NCBI GenBank assembly: GCA_903953615.1
Contig: CAJBKH010000103.1
Span: forward strand, 1 to 33,246
Source of the DNA: an uncultured Bacteroidota bacterium
Lineage (GTDB): Bacteria > Bacteroidota > Bacteroidia > NS11-12g > UBA955
DNA length: 33,246 nt
Direction: 5' to 3'
Under the pieces are notes generated by a model that had not been told where the DNA came from, ran no database searches, and saw only the letters and a list, made by a program, of their open reading frames with translations. How positions within the stretch are numbered: position 1 is the stretch's first letter; every line of letters begins with the position of its first letter. Shown in pieces: positions 16,183-24,989 of this stretch. Made by a program: the position numbers and the translations under genes.

Positions 16183-18462
16183 ATGTCAACCAATAACCAT
16201 CCACCGTATCTTGATAAATTAAATGAAGTTCAAAGAGAAGCTGCGCTCTGTATCGATGGCCCTGTAATGATTATTGCGGGTGCAGGTAGTGGTAAGACAC
16301 GTGTACTTACGTATAGAATTGCGCACATCATTAAACAAGGTGCCGATGCCTTTAACATACTTGCCCTTACTTTTACCAATAAGGCGGCCAAGGAAATGAA
16401 AAAACGAATTGAAACGGTTGTTGGTCCTGAGGCGCGCAATTTATGGATGGGTACCTTTCACAGTGTGTTTGCGAAAATATTGAGAATAGAGGCTGAGAAA
16501 ATTGGTTATCCACGCGATTTTACAATTTATGATACCGATGATGCCAAGAGTGTTATCAAAGCCATCGTAAAGGAACTCAATTTAGATGATAAATTATATA
16601 AGGTAGGTTTAATTTATAACCGTATTAGCAACGCTAAGAATAGTCTAATCACTGCTAAAGAGTATATCACCATTCCCGAATTAATGGAAGCCGATGCTTC
16701 TGCTGGTCGCCCTTTAATCGCTAGAATTTTTGCAATGTATCAGCAAAAGTGTTACAAGGCTGGTGCCATGGACTTTGATGATCTATTGGTAAATACGTTT
16801 AGACTTTTTAAGGAACATGCGGATGTGTTGTATAAGTACCAGCATAAATTTAAATACATCATGGTAGATGAGTACCAAGATACCAATTTGTGCCAGTACA
16901 TGATTATTAAAAAATTGGCCGCCATGAACCGCAACATCTGTGTTGTTGGCGACGACTCACAAAGTATCTATAGTTTTAGAGGTGCCAATATTCAAAACAT
17001 CCTCAACTTCGAAAAGGATTACCCCGAGCTCAATATTTTTAAATTAGAAAACAATTACAGAAGTACATCCAACATTGTAAATGCAAGCAGCAGCATTATT
17101 GCCAACAACAAAGAAAAACTCGATAAGAAAATTTATACGGATAATGATGAAGGCGAGAAAATAATGGTGATGCGCGCCATTAGTGATAATGAAGAAGGTA
17201 GAATGGTAGCCCAAAGCATATTCGAGGATATGAATACACAGCGTTTATCCTTTTCTGATTTTGCGATTTTGTACCGTACCAATGCACAAAGTAGATCATT
17301 TGAGGAAGCGCTAAGAAAAAATAGTATTGCTTATAGAGTTTATGGTGGTACTAGTTTTTATCAGCGCAAAGAAATAAAGGACATGGTAGCTTATTTGCGT
17401 TTGGTAGTAAATCCGAACGATGATGAGGCATTAAAACGCATTATTAATTATCCTGCAAGGAAAATTGGCAATACCACCATCGATAGAGTAACAGCCTTGG
17501 CCAATGAAAAAGATTGTTCCTTATGGGAAATTATCAGTCATGCGCAACAATTTGCAGCAGAATTAGGTAGTAGTATTGCCAGTCTTCGCGATTTTCATAC
17601 CATGATTTATAGTTTTCAGGGCATGATGCTTAGCAAGAATGCCTATGAAATCGCAGAGTATGTGGCCAAACAATCGACCTTGCTTAAAGCGCTTTATGAA
17701 GATAAAACAGTTGAAGGTGTGTCAAGGCATGAAAACGTGATGGAGCTATTGAATGGTATCAAAGAGTTTACAGAAGATGATACCAATGAAAATGATAAAA
17801 CCATCTCTCAATTTTTACAAGATATTGCCTTGTTAACCGATGCAGACAAGGATAAAGAGAATGCAGACACAGTGACGCTTATGACCATTCATAGCAGCAA
17901 GGGTTTAGAGTTTAAGAATGTCTATGTGGTGGGCCTTGAAGAGAATTTGTTTCCAAGTCAGTTGAGTTTAACCAGTAGGCAAGAACTAGAGGAAGAGCGC
18001 AGGCTGTTTTATGTGGCAGTAACGCGCGCAGAGCAGAAGTTGACTTTATCGTTTGCAACTTCGCGTTTTAAATATGGTAATTTAATTCCCTGCGAACCAA
18101 GTCGATTTATTGACGAAATAGAAAGTAAGTACCTTGAATTTGCGTATGCTAAAACCTTAAAAATGGAATCGCCGGTTTTTAAGAAAAAGGAGGTGCCTAA
18201 TTTTGGCAAAGGCTATGGAATGAATGTTGGCAAGCCCGTTTTTTCCAAACCAAGCACTCAAATTCAAGTTTCGGCCAATTTCAAAGAAAGCAATACCGCC
18301 AACCTCACTGCTGGTCAGCAAGTTGAACACCAGCGCTTTGGAAGAGGCGAGGTTATGAGTGTGCAAGATACTGGCGACAATCGCAAGGCGGTCATTCGTT
18401 TTGTGGAGGCTGGGGAAAAGACCTTGGTTTTAAAGTTTGCGAAGCTAATGATACTGGAATAG
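16183..18462 (+). CDS. ATP-dependent DNA helicase, UvrD/PcrA/Rep family (SF1)
   Basis: 759 aa. LNEVQREA, Walker A AGAGSGKT, LTFTNKAA, VDEYQDTN, GDDSQSIYSFRGA, NYRS, ILYRTN, TIHSSKGLEF, YVAVTRA helicase motifs. Confidence 0.95.
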   Translation: MSTNNHPPYLDKLNEVQREAALCIDGPVMIIAGAGSGKTRVLTYRIAHIIKQGADAFNILALTFTNKAAKEMKKRIETVVGPEARNLWMGTFHSVFAKILRIEAEKIGYPRDFTIYDTDDAKSVIKAIVKELNLDDKLYKVGLIYNRISNAKNSLITAKEYITIPELMEADASAGRPLIARIFAMYQQKCYKAGAMDFDDLLVNTFRLFKEHADVLYKYQHKFKYIMVDEYQDTNLCQYMIIKKLAAMNRNICVVGDDSQSIYSFRGANIQNILNFEKDYPELNIFKLENNYRSTSNIVNASSSIIANNKEKLDKKIYTDNDEGEKIMVMRAISDNEEGRMVAQSIFEDMNTQRLSFSDFAILYRTNAQSRSFEEALRKNSIAYRVYGGTSFYQRKEIKDMVAYLRLVVNPNDDEALKRIINYPARKIGNTTIDRVTALANEKDCSLWEIISHAQQFAAELGSSIASLRDFHTMIYSFQGMMLSKNAYEIAEYVAKQSTLLKALYEDKTVEGVSRHENVMELLNGIKEFTEDDTNENDKTISQFLQDIALLTDADKDKENADTVTLMTIHSSKGLEFKNVYVVGLEENLFPSQLSLTSRQELEEERRLFYVAVTRAEQKLTLSFATSRFKYGNLIPCEPSRFIDEIESKYLEFAYAKTLKMESPVFKKKEVPNFGKGYGMNVGKPVFSKPSTQIQVSANFKESNTANLTAGQQVEHQRFGRGEVMSVQDTGDNRKAVIRFVEAGEKTLVLKFAKLMILE

Positions 18463-18474
18463 CGACTTTTTATA

Positions 18475-18482
18475 TATTTTTG
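18475..18482 (+). promoter_or_regulatory. -7 box TATTTTTG upstream of the outer-membrane protein gene
   Basis: Exact TAnnTTTG overlapping the TTG at 18480 in the ORF track, which argues for the ATG at 18507 (or 18519) as the start. Confidence 0.4.
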
Positions 18483-18506
18483 CAATCTATCGAACATAAT
18501 AATTAC

Positions 18507-19352
18507 ATGAATTCTACAATGAATCAATTTAAAAACATTTCAAAATACAGTCTTGTATTGATAGGTATACTTTATACCGGTCAACTTTTTTCTCAATTAC
18601 AGCCTGTTCTTAAAAATAAGCGTGGCATTGCTATTTTGCCACAACAAGGGGATTATGCAATCGGTTTTGGCGCCAATCCTTTTCTAAATTATTTCGGCAA
18701 TTTTTTCAACGGAAACAATAACAATATCGCCCCTAGTCCAACATTTGCTACACAAAATCAAAGTATATTCTTTAAATACATGAAAACAAATCAATTGGCT
18801 TATCGTGGTTACTTTAGAGTGGGTGTTAATTCAAATACCATGAATATCAATGTGCTTGATAAAACACCAGGTGCAGTGAGTGGTAGCACAGTTAAGGACG
18901 TTCAAAAGACCAAGAGTAATATCGTTGGTGTTGGTTTTGGTATAGAGAAAAGACGAGGTACCACAAGGGTTCAAGGCTATTATGGTGGTGAATTGTACCT
19001 GAATTATAACAGTGGTTTTGATACAAAGTACAAATATGGCAATGCCATTGAAAACGAAGATTCTGGTCTTATTCGCAATACCATTATTAATGCCGCCTCA
19101 ACGCTAACTATTGGTGTTAGGGGTTTTGCTGGTGTTGAGTATTTTATTGCTCCAAGGGTTTCATTGGGTGGCGAACTAGGATATGGCCCTTCAATTAACA
19201 TCAGAAGTGCAAATGAAATAACTTCAGAATCTTATGTTAAACCGACCTCAACGCTCAATACAACAAAGGTTTCAACCAATTCAAGGTCAACCGGCTTTGC
19301 ATTAGATACCGACAATTATTTCGGAATAGTTAAATTATTGTTTTATTTCTAA
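18507..19352 (+). CDS. hypothetical outer-membrane beta-barrel protein
   Basis: Signal peptide (YSLVLIGILYTGQLFSQ). Alternating hydrophobic/Gly-rich strands (VGVGFGIE, YYGGELYLNY, AGVEYFIAP, LGGELGYGP). C-terminal aromatic LLFYF typical of OMP barrels. Confidence 0.7.
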   Translation: MNSTMNQFKNISKYSLVLIGILYTGQLFSQLQPVLKNKRGIAILPQQGDYAIGFGANPFLNYFGNFFNGNNNNIAPSPTFATQNQSIFFKYMKTNQLAYRGYFRVGVNSNTMNINVLDKTPGAVSGSTVKDVQKTKSNIVGVGFGIEKRRGTTRVQGYYGGELYLNYNSGFDTKYKYGNAIENEDSGLIRNTIINAASTLTIGVRGFAGVEYFIAPRVSLGGELGYGPSINIRSANEITSESYVKPTSTLNTTKVSTNSRSTGFALDTDNYFGIVKLLFYF

Positions 19353-19376
19353 AATACCACATTTAAAACACTCTAA

Positions 19377-19409
19377 TTTGTAAAATTGAATAGTTTATAC
19401 TTATATTTG
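19377..19409 (+). promoter_or_regulatory. complete Bacteroidota promoter (TTTG-N21-TATATTTG)
   Basis: TTTG at 19377-19380 and TATATTTG at 19402-19409, 9 nt upstream of the ATG at 19419. It lies inside the ORF-track extension that starts at 19386. Confidence 0.5.
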
Positions 19410-19418
19410 CCAAATATT

Positions 19419-20003
19419 ATGAAAATTAAAATGAAAAATTTATTAATAATCGTTGCCATTACATCTCTCTTTTTGTCAGCTTGTAAATATGATGACGGAC
19501 CAGGAATTACTTTGAGATCTAAACGTGTAAGAGTTAGTAATGAATGGATTGTTACTGATTATCAAGTTGACGGTACAACAGATAATGTAATTAAAGGATC
19601 CTTCACGCATGGTGATTCTTTACAATTGGTGTTTACAATCAGCAAAACTGGTAGATATGCAATGAACATTCAATACACGAAAGATTACCAAGCAAAAACC
19701 AATTGGAACAAATATTTTATTGCCAACCAAACTGGTCTTGTTTCTTTATATTATGAATACAACCAAAATTCATTCTTCAAAAGAATTGGTAGCACAGGTG
19801 CCTGGTCATTTGATAAAAGGCATGATAATATCAGCTTTGGGTCATATGATTTGTCGCATGCTGAAGGTGAAGAAAGACCATTGGAATGTAAAATTTTAAT
19901 GTTAAAGGCTAAAAACTTAAGATTCCAGTTTACAGCCAAAGATGGCAAAGTTCATACAATGACCTTCGAGCCTAGAAACGAAGAGGCTGGTTTATTGAAA
20001 TAA
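19419..20003 (+). CDS. hypothetical lipoprotein
   Basis: MKIKMKNLLIIVAITSLFLSAC lipobox. Beta-rich mature part. Followed by a strong terminator. Confidence 0.7.
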   Translation: MKIKMKNLLIIVAITSLFLSACKYDDGPGITLRSKRVRVSNEWIVTDYQVDGTTDNVIKGSFTHGDSLQLVFTISKTGRYAMNIQYTKDYQAKTNWNKYFIANQTGLVSLYYEYNQNSFFKRIGSTGAWSFDKRHDNISFGSYDLSHAEGEERPLECKILMLKAKNLRFQFTAKDGKVHTMTFEPRNEEAGLLK

Positions 20004-20024
20004 TAAAAAATATTTAAATTGAAA

Positions 20025-20057
20025 GTCCTGCAATGAATTAATTGCGGGACTTTTTTT
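20025..20057 (+). terminator. rho-independent terminator
   Basis: GTCCTGCAAT (20025-20034) pairs with ATTGCGGGAC (20041-20050), 10 bp including one G-U, with loop GAATTA. Followed by T7. Confidence 0.75.
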
Positions 20058-20074
20058 ATACTATAATTTTAACC

Positions 20075-20082
20075 TAATTTTG
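20075..20082 (+). promoter_or_regulatory. -7 box TAATTTTG upstream of the DUF4290 gene
   Basis: Exact TAnnTTTG 12 nt before the ATG at 20095. It covers the TTG at 20080 in the ORF track. Confidence 0.4.
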
Positions 20083-20094
20083 AAATCGAATAAT

Positions 20095-20754
20095 ATGACT
20101 GAACTTTTTGAGTACAATACCCAATCCAATAAATTAATTATTTCTGAATATGGAAGGGCCTTTCAAAAAATGGTTGAACATGCGTTAACCATTGAAGATA
20201 GAACCAAACGCACTAAAATGGCCGAGGCACTTATTGGTGTCATGGAAATTTTAAATCCTTTGGCAAAAGAGCAAGCGGATTACAAACAAAAATTATGGGA
20301 CCATTTGCACATTATTGCAGGGTTTAGCCTCGATGTCGATTGCCCATTCCCAGTGCCTGAGAAGGATACCATTGTAAAGAAACCAGAACCCATTCCTTAT
20401 TCCTCACAACCAATCAAGTTTAGGTTCTATGGTCGCAATTTGCAGAACATGGTTAACAAAGCAACCAATATAGAGAATCCAGAAATGAAGAATGAGTTCT
20501 TAAATTTATTGGCTTCATTCATGAGTAATTCATCAAGAAATTGGAACAACGAAAATTTAACCAACCAACAGTTAGCGGAGCATTTAAAAAGTATGTCAAG
20601 TAGCAAATTGGAGATTAATCCAGAAGCGCTTGAAATAACTTTAGAACAAAGAAGAAAGAAATTCTTTAAGCCCAATAATACTGGCGGCAGCGGCAGTAGC
20701 AGCAATAACAAGTTTTATAATAAAAACAAAAAGCACAACAATTTCAAAAAGTAA
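20095..20754 (+). CDS. DUF4290-family protein
   Basis: N-terminal YNTQ...L...EYGR..QKMV.HA pattern and its position directly upstream of murA, as I recall for Bacteroidota DUF4290. Low-complexity basic Asn/Ser/Gly/Lys tail. Confidence 0.75.
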   Translation: MTELFEYNTQSNKLIISEYGRAFQKMVEHALTIEDRTKRTKMAEALIGVMEILNPLAKEQADYKQKLWDHLHIIAGFSLDVDCPFPVPEKDTIVKKPEPIPYSSQPIKFRFYGRNLQNMVNKATNIENPEMKNEFLNLLASFMSNSSRNWNNENLTNQQLAEHLKSMSSSKLEINPEALEITLEQRRKKFFKPNNTGGSGSSSNNKFYNKNKKHNNFKK

Positions 20755-20763
20755 TTTTCTGTC

Positions 20764-22077
20764 ATGTCAACTTTTAAAGTAACCGGAGGTAAAAAATTAA
20801 AGGGAGAGATTGTCCCGCAAGGTGCCAAGAACGAAGCACTTCAAATAATCTCTGCGGTGTTACTTACACCCGAAGAAATTGTTATTAATAATATTCCAGC
20901 CATTCGCGATGTATTGAAATTAATAGAATTGTTAATGGACCTTGGTGTTAAGGTGAGTAAAATTGCTGAAGAATCGTACTCATTTAAAGCAGATAATATT
21001 AACCTCGACTATTTAAATTCTGCTGATTTTAAATTAAAGGGTGCTGGATTGAGAGGTTCTATAATGATTATCGGTCCTTTATTGGCTCGCTTTGGCAAAG
21101 GCTATATTCCGAGTCCTGGTGGCGATAAAATTGGTCGCAGAAGATTGGATACCCACTTTATTGGCTTTATGAAATTGGGGGCTAAGTTTGAATATTTGCC
21201 CGAGGAGCAATTTTATAAAGTATCAACACCAGAGGGTAAATTAAAAGGTGCCTACATGTTATTAGATGAGGCCTCTGTTACTGGCACTGCAAATATTGTG
21301 ATGGCTGCAGCATTAGCTGATGGTATCACTACAATTTACAATGCAGCGTGTGAGCCTTATTTGCAACAACTTTGTAAAATGTTGAATCGCATGGGTGCTA
21401 AAATTAGTGGAATCGGCAGTAATTTGTTAACCATTGAAGGTGTCGATAGCTTAGGCGGTACCGAGCATACTATGTTGCCAGACATGATTGAGATTGGCAG
21501 TTTTATTGGCTTAGCTGCTATGACTGCTAGTGAAATTACAATCAAAAATTGTCGCATTCCTGAATTAGGTGTTATTCCAGATATCTTTAGAAGATTGGGC
21601 ATCCAACTTGAATTCAGAGGTGATGATATTTATATTCCAAGTCAAGAGCACTACGAAATAGATACATTTATTGACGGCAGTATACTCACCATTGCCGATG
21701 CGCCATGGCCAGGTTTTACGCCCGATTTGATTAGTATTATTTTAGTAACAGCAACACAAGCTAGAGGCAATGTTTTAATCCATCAAAAGATGTTTGAAAG
21801 TCGCTTGTTTTTTGTCGATAATTTGATTGATATGGGTGCTAAGATTATATTGTGTGATCCACATCGCGCCAATGTCATGGGCTTAGATAAAAAGATGCCT
21901 TTAAAAGGCATTACCATGAGTTCTCCAGACATTCGTGCAGGCGTTGCTATGCTGATTGCTGCCATGAGTGCGAATGGGGTGAGTACCATCAAAAACATTG
22001 AACAAATTGACAGAGGCTACCAACACATAGATAAGCGTTTAAATAATATTGGCGCAGAAATTGTAAGAATAGATTAA
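20764..22077 (+). CDS. murA: UDP-N-acetylglucosamine 1-carboxyvinyltransferase
   Basis: 437 aa. F.V.GGKKLKGEI..QGAKNEALQI N terminus, the PGGDKIGRRRLD active-site loop, and the C-terminal IDRGY...KL..LGA.I motif. Confidence 0.95.
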   Translation: MSTFKVTGGKKLKGEIVPQGAKNEALQIISAVLLTPEEIVINNIPAIRDVLKLIELLMDLGVKVSKIAEESYSFKADNINLDYLNSADFKLKGAGLRGSIMIIGPLLARFGKGYIPSPGGDKIGRRRLDTHFIGFMKLGAKFEYLPEEQFYKVSTPEGKLKGAYMLLDEASVTGTANIVMAAALADGITTIYNAACEPYLQQLCKMLNRMGAKISGIGSNLLTIEGVDSLGGTEHTMLPDMIEIGSFIGLAAMTASEITIKNCRIPELGVIPDIFRRLGIQLEFRGDDIYIPSQEHYEIDTFIDGSILTIADAPWPGFTPDLISIILVTATQARGNVLIHQKMFESRLFFVDNLIDMGAKIILCDPHRANVMGLDKKMPLKGITMSSPDIRAGVAMLIAAMSANGVSTIKNIEQIDRGYQHIDKRLNNIGAEIVRID

Positions 22078-22086
22078 AAGTAGCTT

Positions 22087-22608
22087 ATGAAAAATCGCAT
22101 ATTAACGGCCCTTGGTTTACTATTAGCCTTGCCTATCTTTTTTATTATTTATAGTTTTTTTCCTGGTCAAGCGACAACACATTTAAAAACACCAACCAGC
22201 GCACCTACTTTGCTTGTAATGGATGGACAAGGTGATACTTTTAATGTGACTAAATTCAAAGGCAAAGTTGTTATATTGAATTTTTGGGCATCATGGAGCA
22301 AAGCCAGCAGACTTGAAAATAAAAATTTGCTTAGAATTTATCAGAAATATAAAAACAATAACAAGGTTGTTTTTTATAGTGTTTCACTAGATACCGATGA
22401 GCAAAGTTGGAAGGCTGCCATTGAGGAAGATGAATGCAAATGGTTGAACCATTACTGTGATTTTAAAAAATACAATTCACCGGTTGCCATTGCTTATGAA
22501 ATTAAAACCATTCCAACGTTTTACTTAATTGATAAATCTAGTATGGTTACTAAGTCGGGCGCTAATGTAGCCGATATTGAAGCAGCCATTGATGGATTGC
22601 TAAAATAA
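22087..22608 (+). CDS. TlpA/ResA-like thioredoxin-fold protein lacking the CxxC active site
   Basis: N-terminal anchor, then the KGKVVILNFWASW...IPTFYLID thioredoxin-fold pattern. The expected WCxxC reads WSKAS (22294-22308). Confidence 0.8.
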   Translation: MKNRILTALGLLLALPIFFIIYSFFPGQATTHLKTPTSAPTLLVMDGQGDTFNVTKFKGKVVILNFWASWSKASRLENKNLLRIYQKYKNNNKVVFYSVSLDTDEQSWKAAIEEDECKWLNHYCDFKKYNSPVAIAYEIKTIPTFYLIDKSSMVTKSGANVADIEAAIDGLLK

Positions 22609-22679
22609 TCAACCCTTTTTATTTAAGTCATGTTGTCAGTTATTGCGGCTTGGCAATGTTTTTGACTGATAGGCATCGT

Positions 22680-23207
22680 ATGAACAATGATCAACCGATT
22701 GACCAAAGTGAAGAAAACTTAGAGTCGACTTTAGAGAATGCAGCCGAGCCTAAAAACGAAGCATCGGAAATAGACCAATTAAAAGCCCAAGTTGCAGAGA
22801 GCAATGACAAATTCCTAAGATTATATGCGGAGTTTGATAACTACAAACGCAGAACAATGAAAGAGCGTGCGGAGTTATTACAAATGGCCGGTAAAGAGGT
22901 TATTCTGTCGCTATTGCCAGTAGTTGATGATTTTGAAAGAGCCAAAAAGGCAGATGTACAAGACATCACATTGTACAAAGAAGGCATTGATTTGATTCAC
23001 CATAAATTTAATTCTATTTTGTCTGCAAAAGGACTTAAAGCAATCGAATCGATTGGACAAGCATTTAATGTGGATAGGCATGAAGCCATTACCAATATTC
23101 CTGCACCTAGCGAAGATATGAAGGGGAAGGTAGTTGATGAAACGGAGAAGGGATATGAACTCAACGGGCATGTGATACGTTTTGCAAAAGTTGTAGTAGG
23201 TGAATAA
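22680..23207 (+). CDS. grpE: nucleotide exchange factor GrpE
   Basis: [27 protein letters not shown]......P and GY.L.G.VIR.AKV motifs. ATG at 22680 preferred over the TTG at 22650. Confidence 0.92.
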   Translation: MNNDQPIDQSEENLESTLENAAEPKNEASEIDQLKAQVAESNDKFLRLYAEFDNYKRRTMKERAELLQMAGKEVILSLLPVVDDFERAKKADVQDITLYKEGIDLIHHKFNSILSAKGLKAIESIGQAFNVDRHEAITNIPAPSEDMKGKVVDETEKGYELNGHVIRFAKVVVGE

Positions 23208-23236
23208 TAATTGTATTCAAATTAAATTTTAAGACA

Positions 23237-24364
23237 TTGGCAAAAAGAGATTATTACGAAATATTAGAGGTAACAAAAGCTGCCTCTACAGATGAGATAA
23301 AGAAGGCGTATCGCAAGATGGCCATAAAATTCCATCCTGATAAAAATCCTAACAACAAGGAGGCAGAAGAAAAGTTTAAAGAAGCAGCAGAAGCTTATGA
23401 GATTTTAAGCGATGCCCAAAAGAAACAACGCTATGATCAATATGGACATGCTGGTGTTGGTGGTGCATCTGGCGGTGGTTACGGTGGAGGTATGAACATG
23501 GATGATATCTTCAGTCAGTTTGGCGATATTTTTGGTGGTGGTGGTGGTTTTAGCGATTTCTTTGGCGGCAGTCAAGGAGGTAGGGGCGGTCGTACCAGAG
23601 CCAATGTGGGAAGTAATATCCGCATTAAATTAAAATTAAATTTCTCAGACATTAAAAATGGCGTTGAGAAAAAAATAAAATACAAAAAACAAGTACTAGC
23701 TAAAGGTGTAACCTTTAAGGATTGTTCTACTTGTCGTGGTTCTGGTCAAGTAGCACGTGTAACCAATACTTTCTTAGGTCAGATGCAAACGGTTTCTGCT
23801 TGTCCTACATGTGGCGGAAGTGGTAAGATTATGAACCACCGTCCTGCAGGTGCCAACGACCAAGGTTTGGTATATGAAGAGATAGAAACCACTATTAAAA
23901 TACCAGCAGGTGTGCAAGAAGGTATGCAGTTATCGATTAATGGTAAAGGCAATGCGGCAGCAGGTGGCGGTATAGATGGCGACTTGTTAATATTGATTGA
24001 AGAGGATCACCATGCTGAATTAATTAGACAAGAACAACATGTTATTTATAATTTAGTGATCAGTGTAACGGATGCTATTTTAGGAACATCGGTTGAGGTA
24101 CCTACTATTGATGGTAAAGCTAAAATCACCATAGAGCCAGGCACACAAAGTGGCAAGGTCTTGCGCCTAAGAGGCAAAGGTTTCCCAGAGGTGAATGGTT
24201 ACCATACCGGTGATCAATTAATTCAAATTCACATTTGGATTCCTAAGAAAGTATCGAGTGAAGAAACAGAGATGTTAAACAAATTAAATGAATCTGATCA
24301 TTTCTCGCCTAAACACGCCAAGAAAGACAAAGGATTTTTCGATAAAATGAAAGACTGGTTTTAG
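23237..24364 (+). CDS. dnaJ: molecular chaperone DnaJ
   Basis: J domain (DYYEILEV...HPDKNP), Gly/Phe-rich linker, Cys-rich region and C-terminal substrate-binding domains. TTG start (TTG GCA AAA AGA GAT). Confidence 0.93.
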   Translation: MAKRDYYEILEVTKAASTDEIKKAYRKMAIKFHPDKNPNNKEAEEKFKEAAEAYEILSDAQKKQRYDQYGHAGVGGASGGGYGGGMNMDDIFSQFGDIFGGGGGFSDFFGGSQGGRGGRTRANVGSNIRIKLKLNFSDIKNGVEKKIKYKKQVLAKGVTFKDCSTCRGSGQVARVTNTFLGQMQTVSACPTCGGSGKIMNHRPAGANDQGLVYEEIETTIKIPAGVQEGMQLSINGKGNAAAGGGIDGDLLILIEEDHHAELIRQEQHVIYNLVISVTDAILGTSVEVPTIDGKAKITIEPGTQSGKVLRLRGKGFPEVNGYHTGDQLIQIHIWIPKKVSSEETEMLNKLNESDHFSPKHAKKDKGFFDKMKDWF

Positions 24365-24434
24365 TTTTTTAAAAATAAAATAGTTGTCGAACTGAGTTTT
24401 AAGTTAAGACTTAACAGGGCTTAAAAGCCATTGA

Positions 24435-24785
24435 TTAATGTTCCATTTCAAATGGTTTTTCCATTACCAAATAGCAACCATACAATGCAACCAAAGCCGA
24501 GGCACTAGTAAGGATATACATTAGGAATCCGCGAAATTCTGGTACTAAATCTAAAATAGTTAAGACACATGCTATTAAACCAACAAAACCGCCAATGGCC
24601 ATTAGTAGCCAGCCTAGACTGGAGCGTTTCGCTAAACAATGGCGGCAATATTGCTCCCATAGCGGTTTAATTTCTTCGGCAGTGAAGCCTTGATTGTCTA
24701 ATTCCGCCATCGCTAAAGATTTCGAAATTTTGTTTTGCTGCCACCTTCGGAACAGCATTTCAGTATTTGTATGCATTTGTACCAT
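24435..24785 (-). CDS. hypothetical membrane protein (2 TM helices)
   Basis: 116 aa. Hydrophobic segments WLLMAIGGFVGLIACVLTIL and FLMYILTSASALVALYGCYLVM. No recognisable family. Confidence 0.55.
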   Translation of the reverse strand: MVQMHTNTEMLFRRWQQNKISKSLAMAELDNQGFTAEEIKPLWEQYCRHCLAKRSSLGWLLMAIGGFVGLIACVLTILDLVPEFRGFLMYILTSASALVALYGCYLVMEKPFEMEH

Positions 24786-24932
24786 AGGAGAAATATTATC
24801 GAATTAAGGGAAAATAAAAGGGCAAAAAAAATATTAGGGGTGTTTTTTGTAGTATTTTTTTGAAGTATTGTTTTAAAAAGCATTTAATTGTTTTGTTAAA
24901 CAATTTTGAACTTAATCGGCGTTCTAGAGAAT

Positions 24933-24969
24933 AAAAAAAGCCCCCTCTTTTTTCAAAGAAGGGGCTTTT
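24933..24969 (-). terminator. rho-independent terminator of the TolC-adaptor operon
   Basis: GCCCCCTCTTT (24940-24950) / AAAGAAGGGGC (24955-24965), 11 bp with one mismatch. The A7 on the plus strand becomes U7 after the hairpin on the minus strand. Confidence 0.75.
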
Positions 24970-24989
24970 GCATTGTATATGTAAACCTA

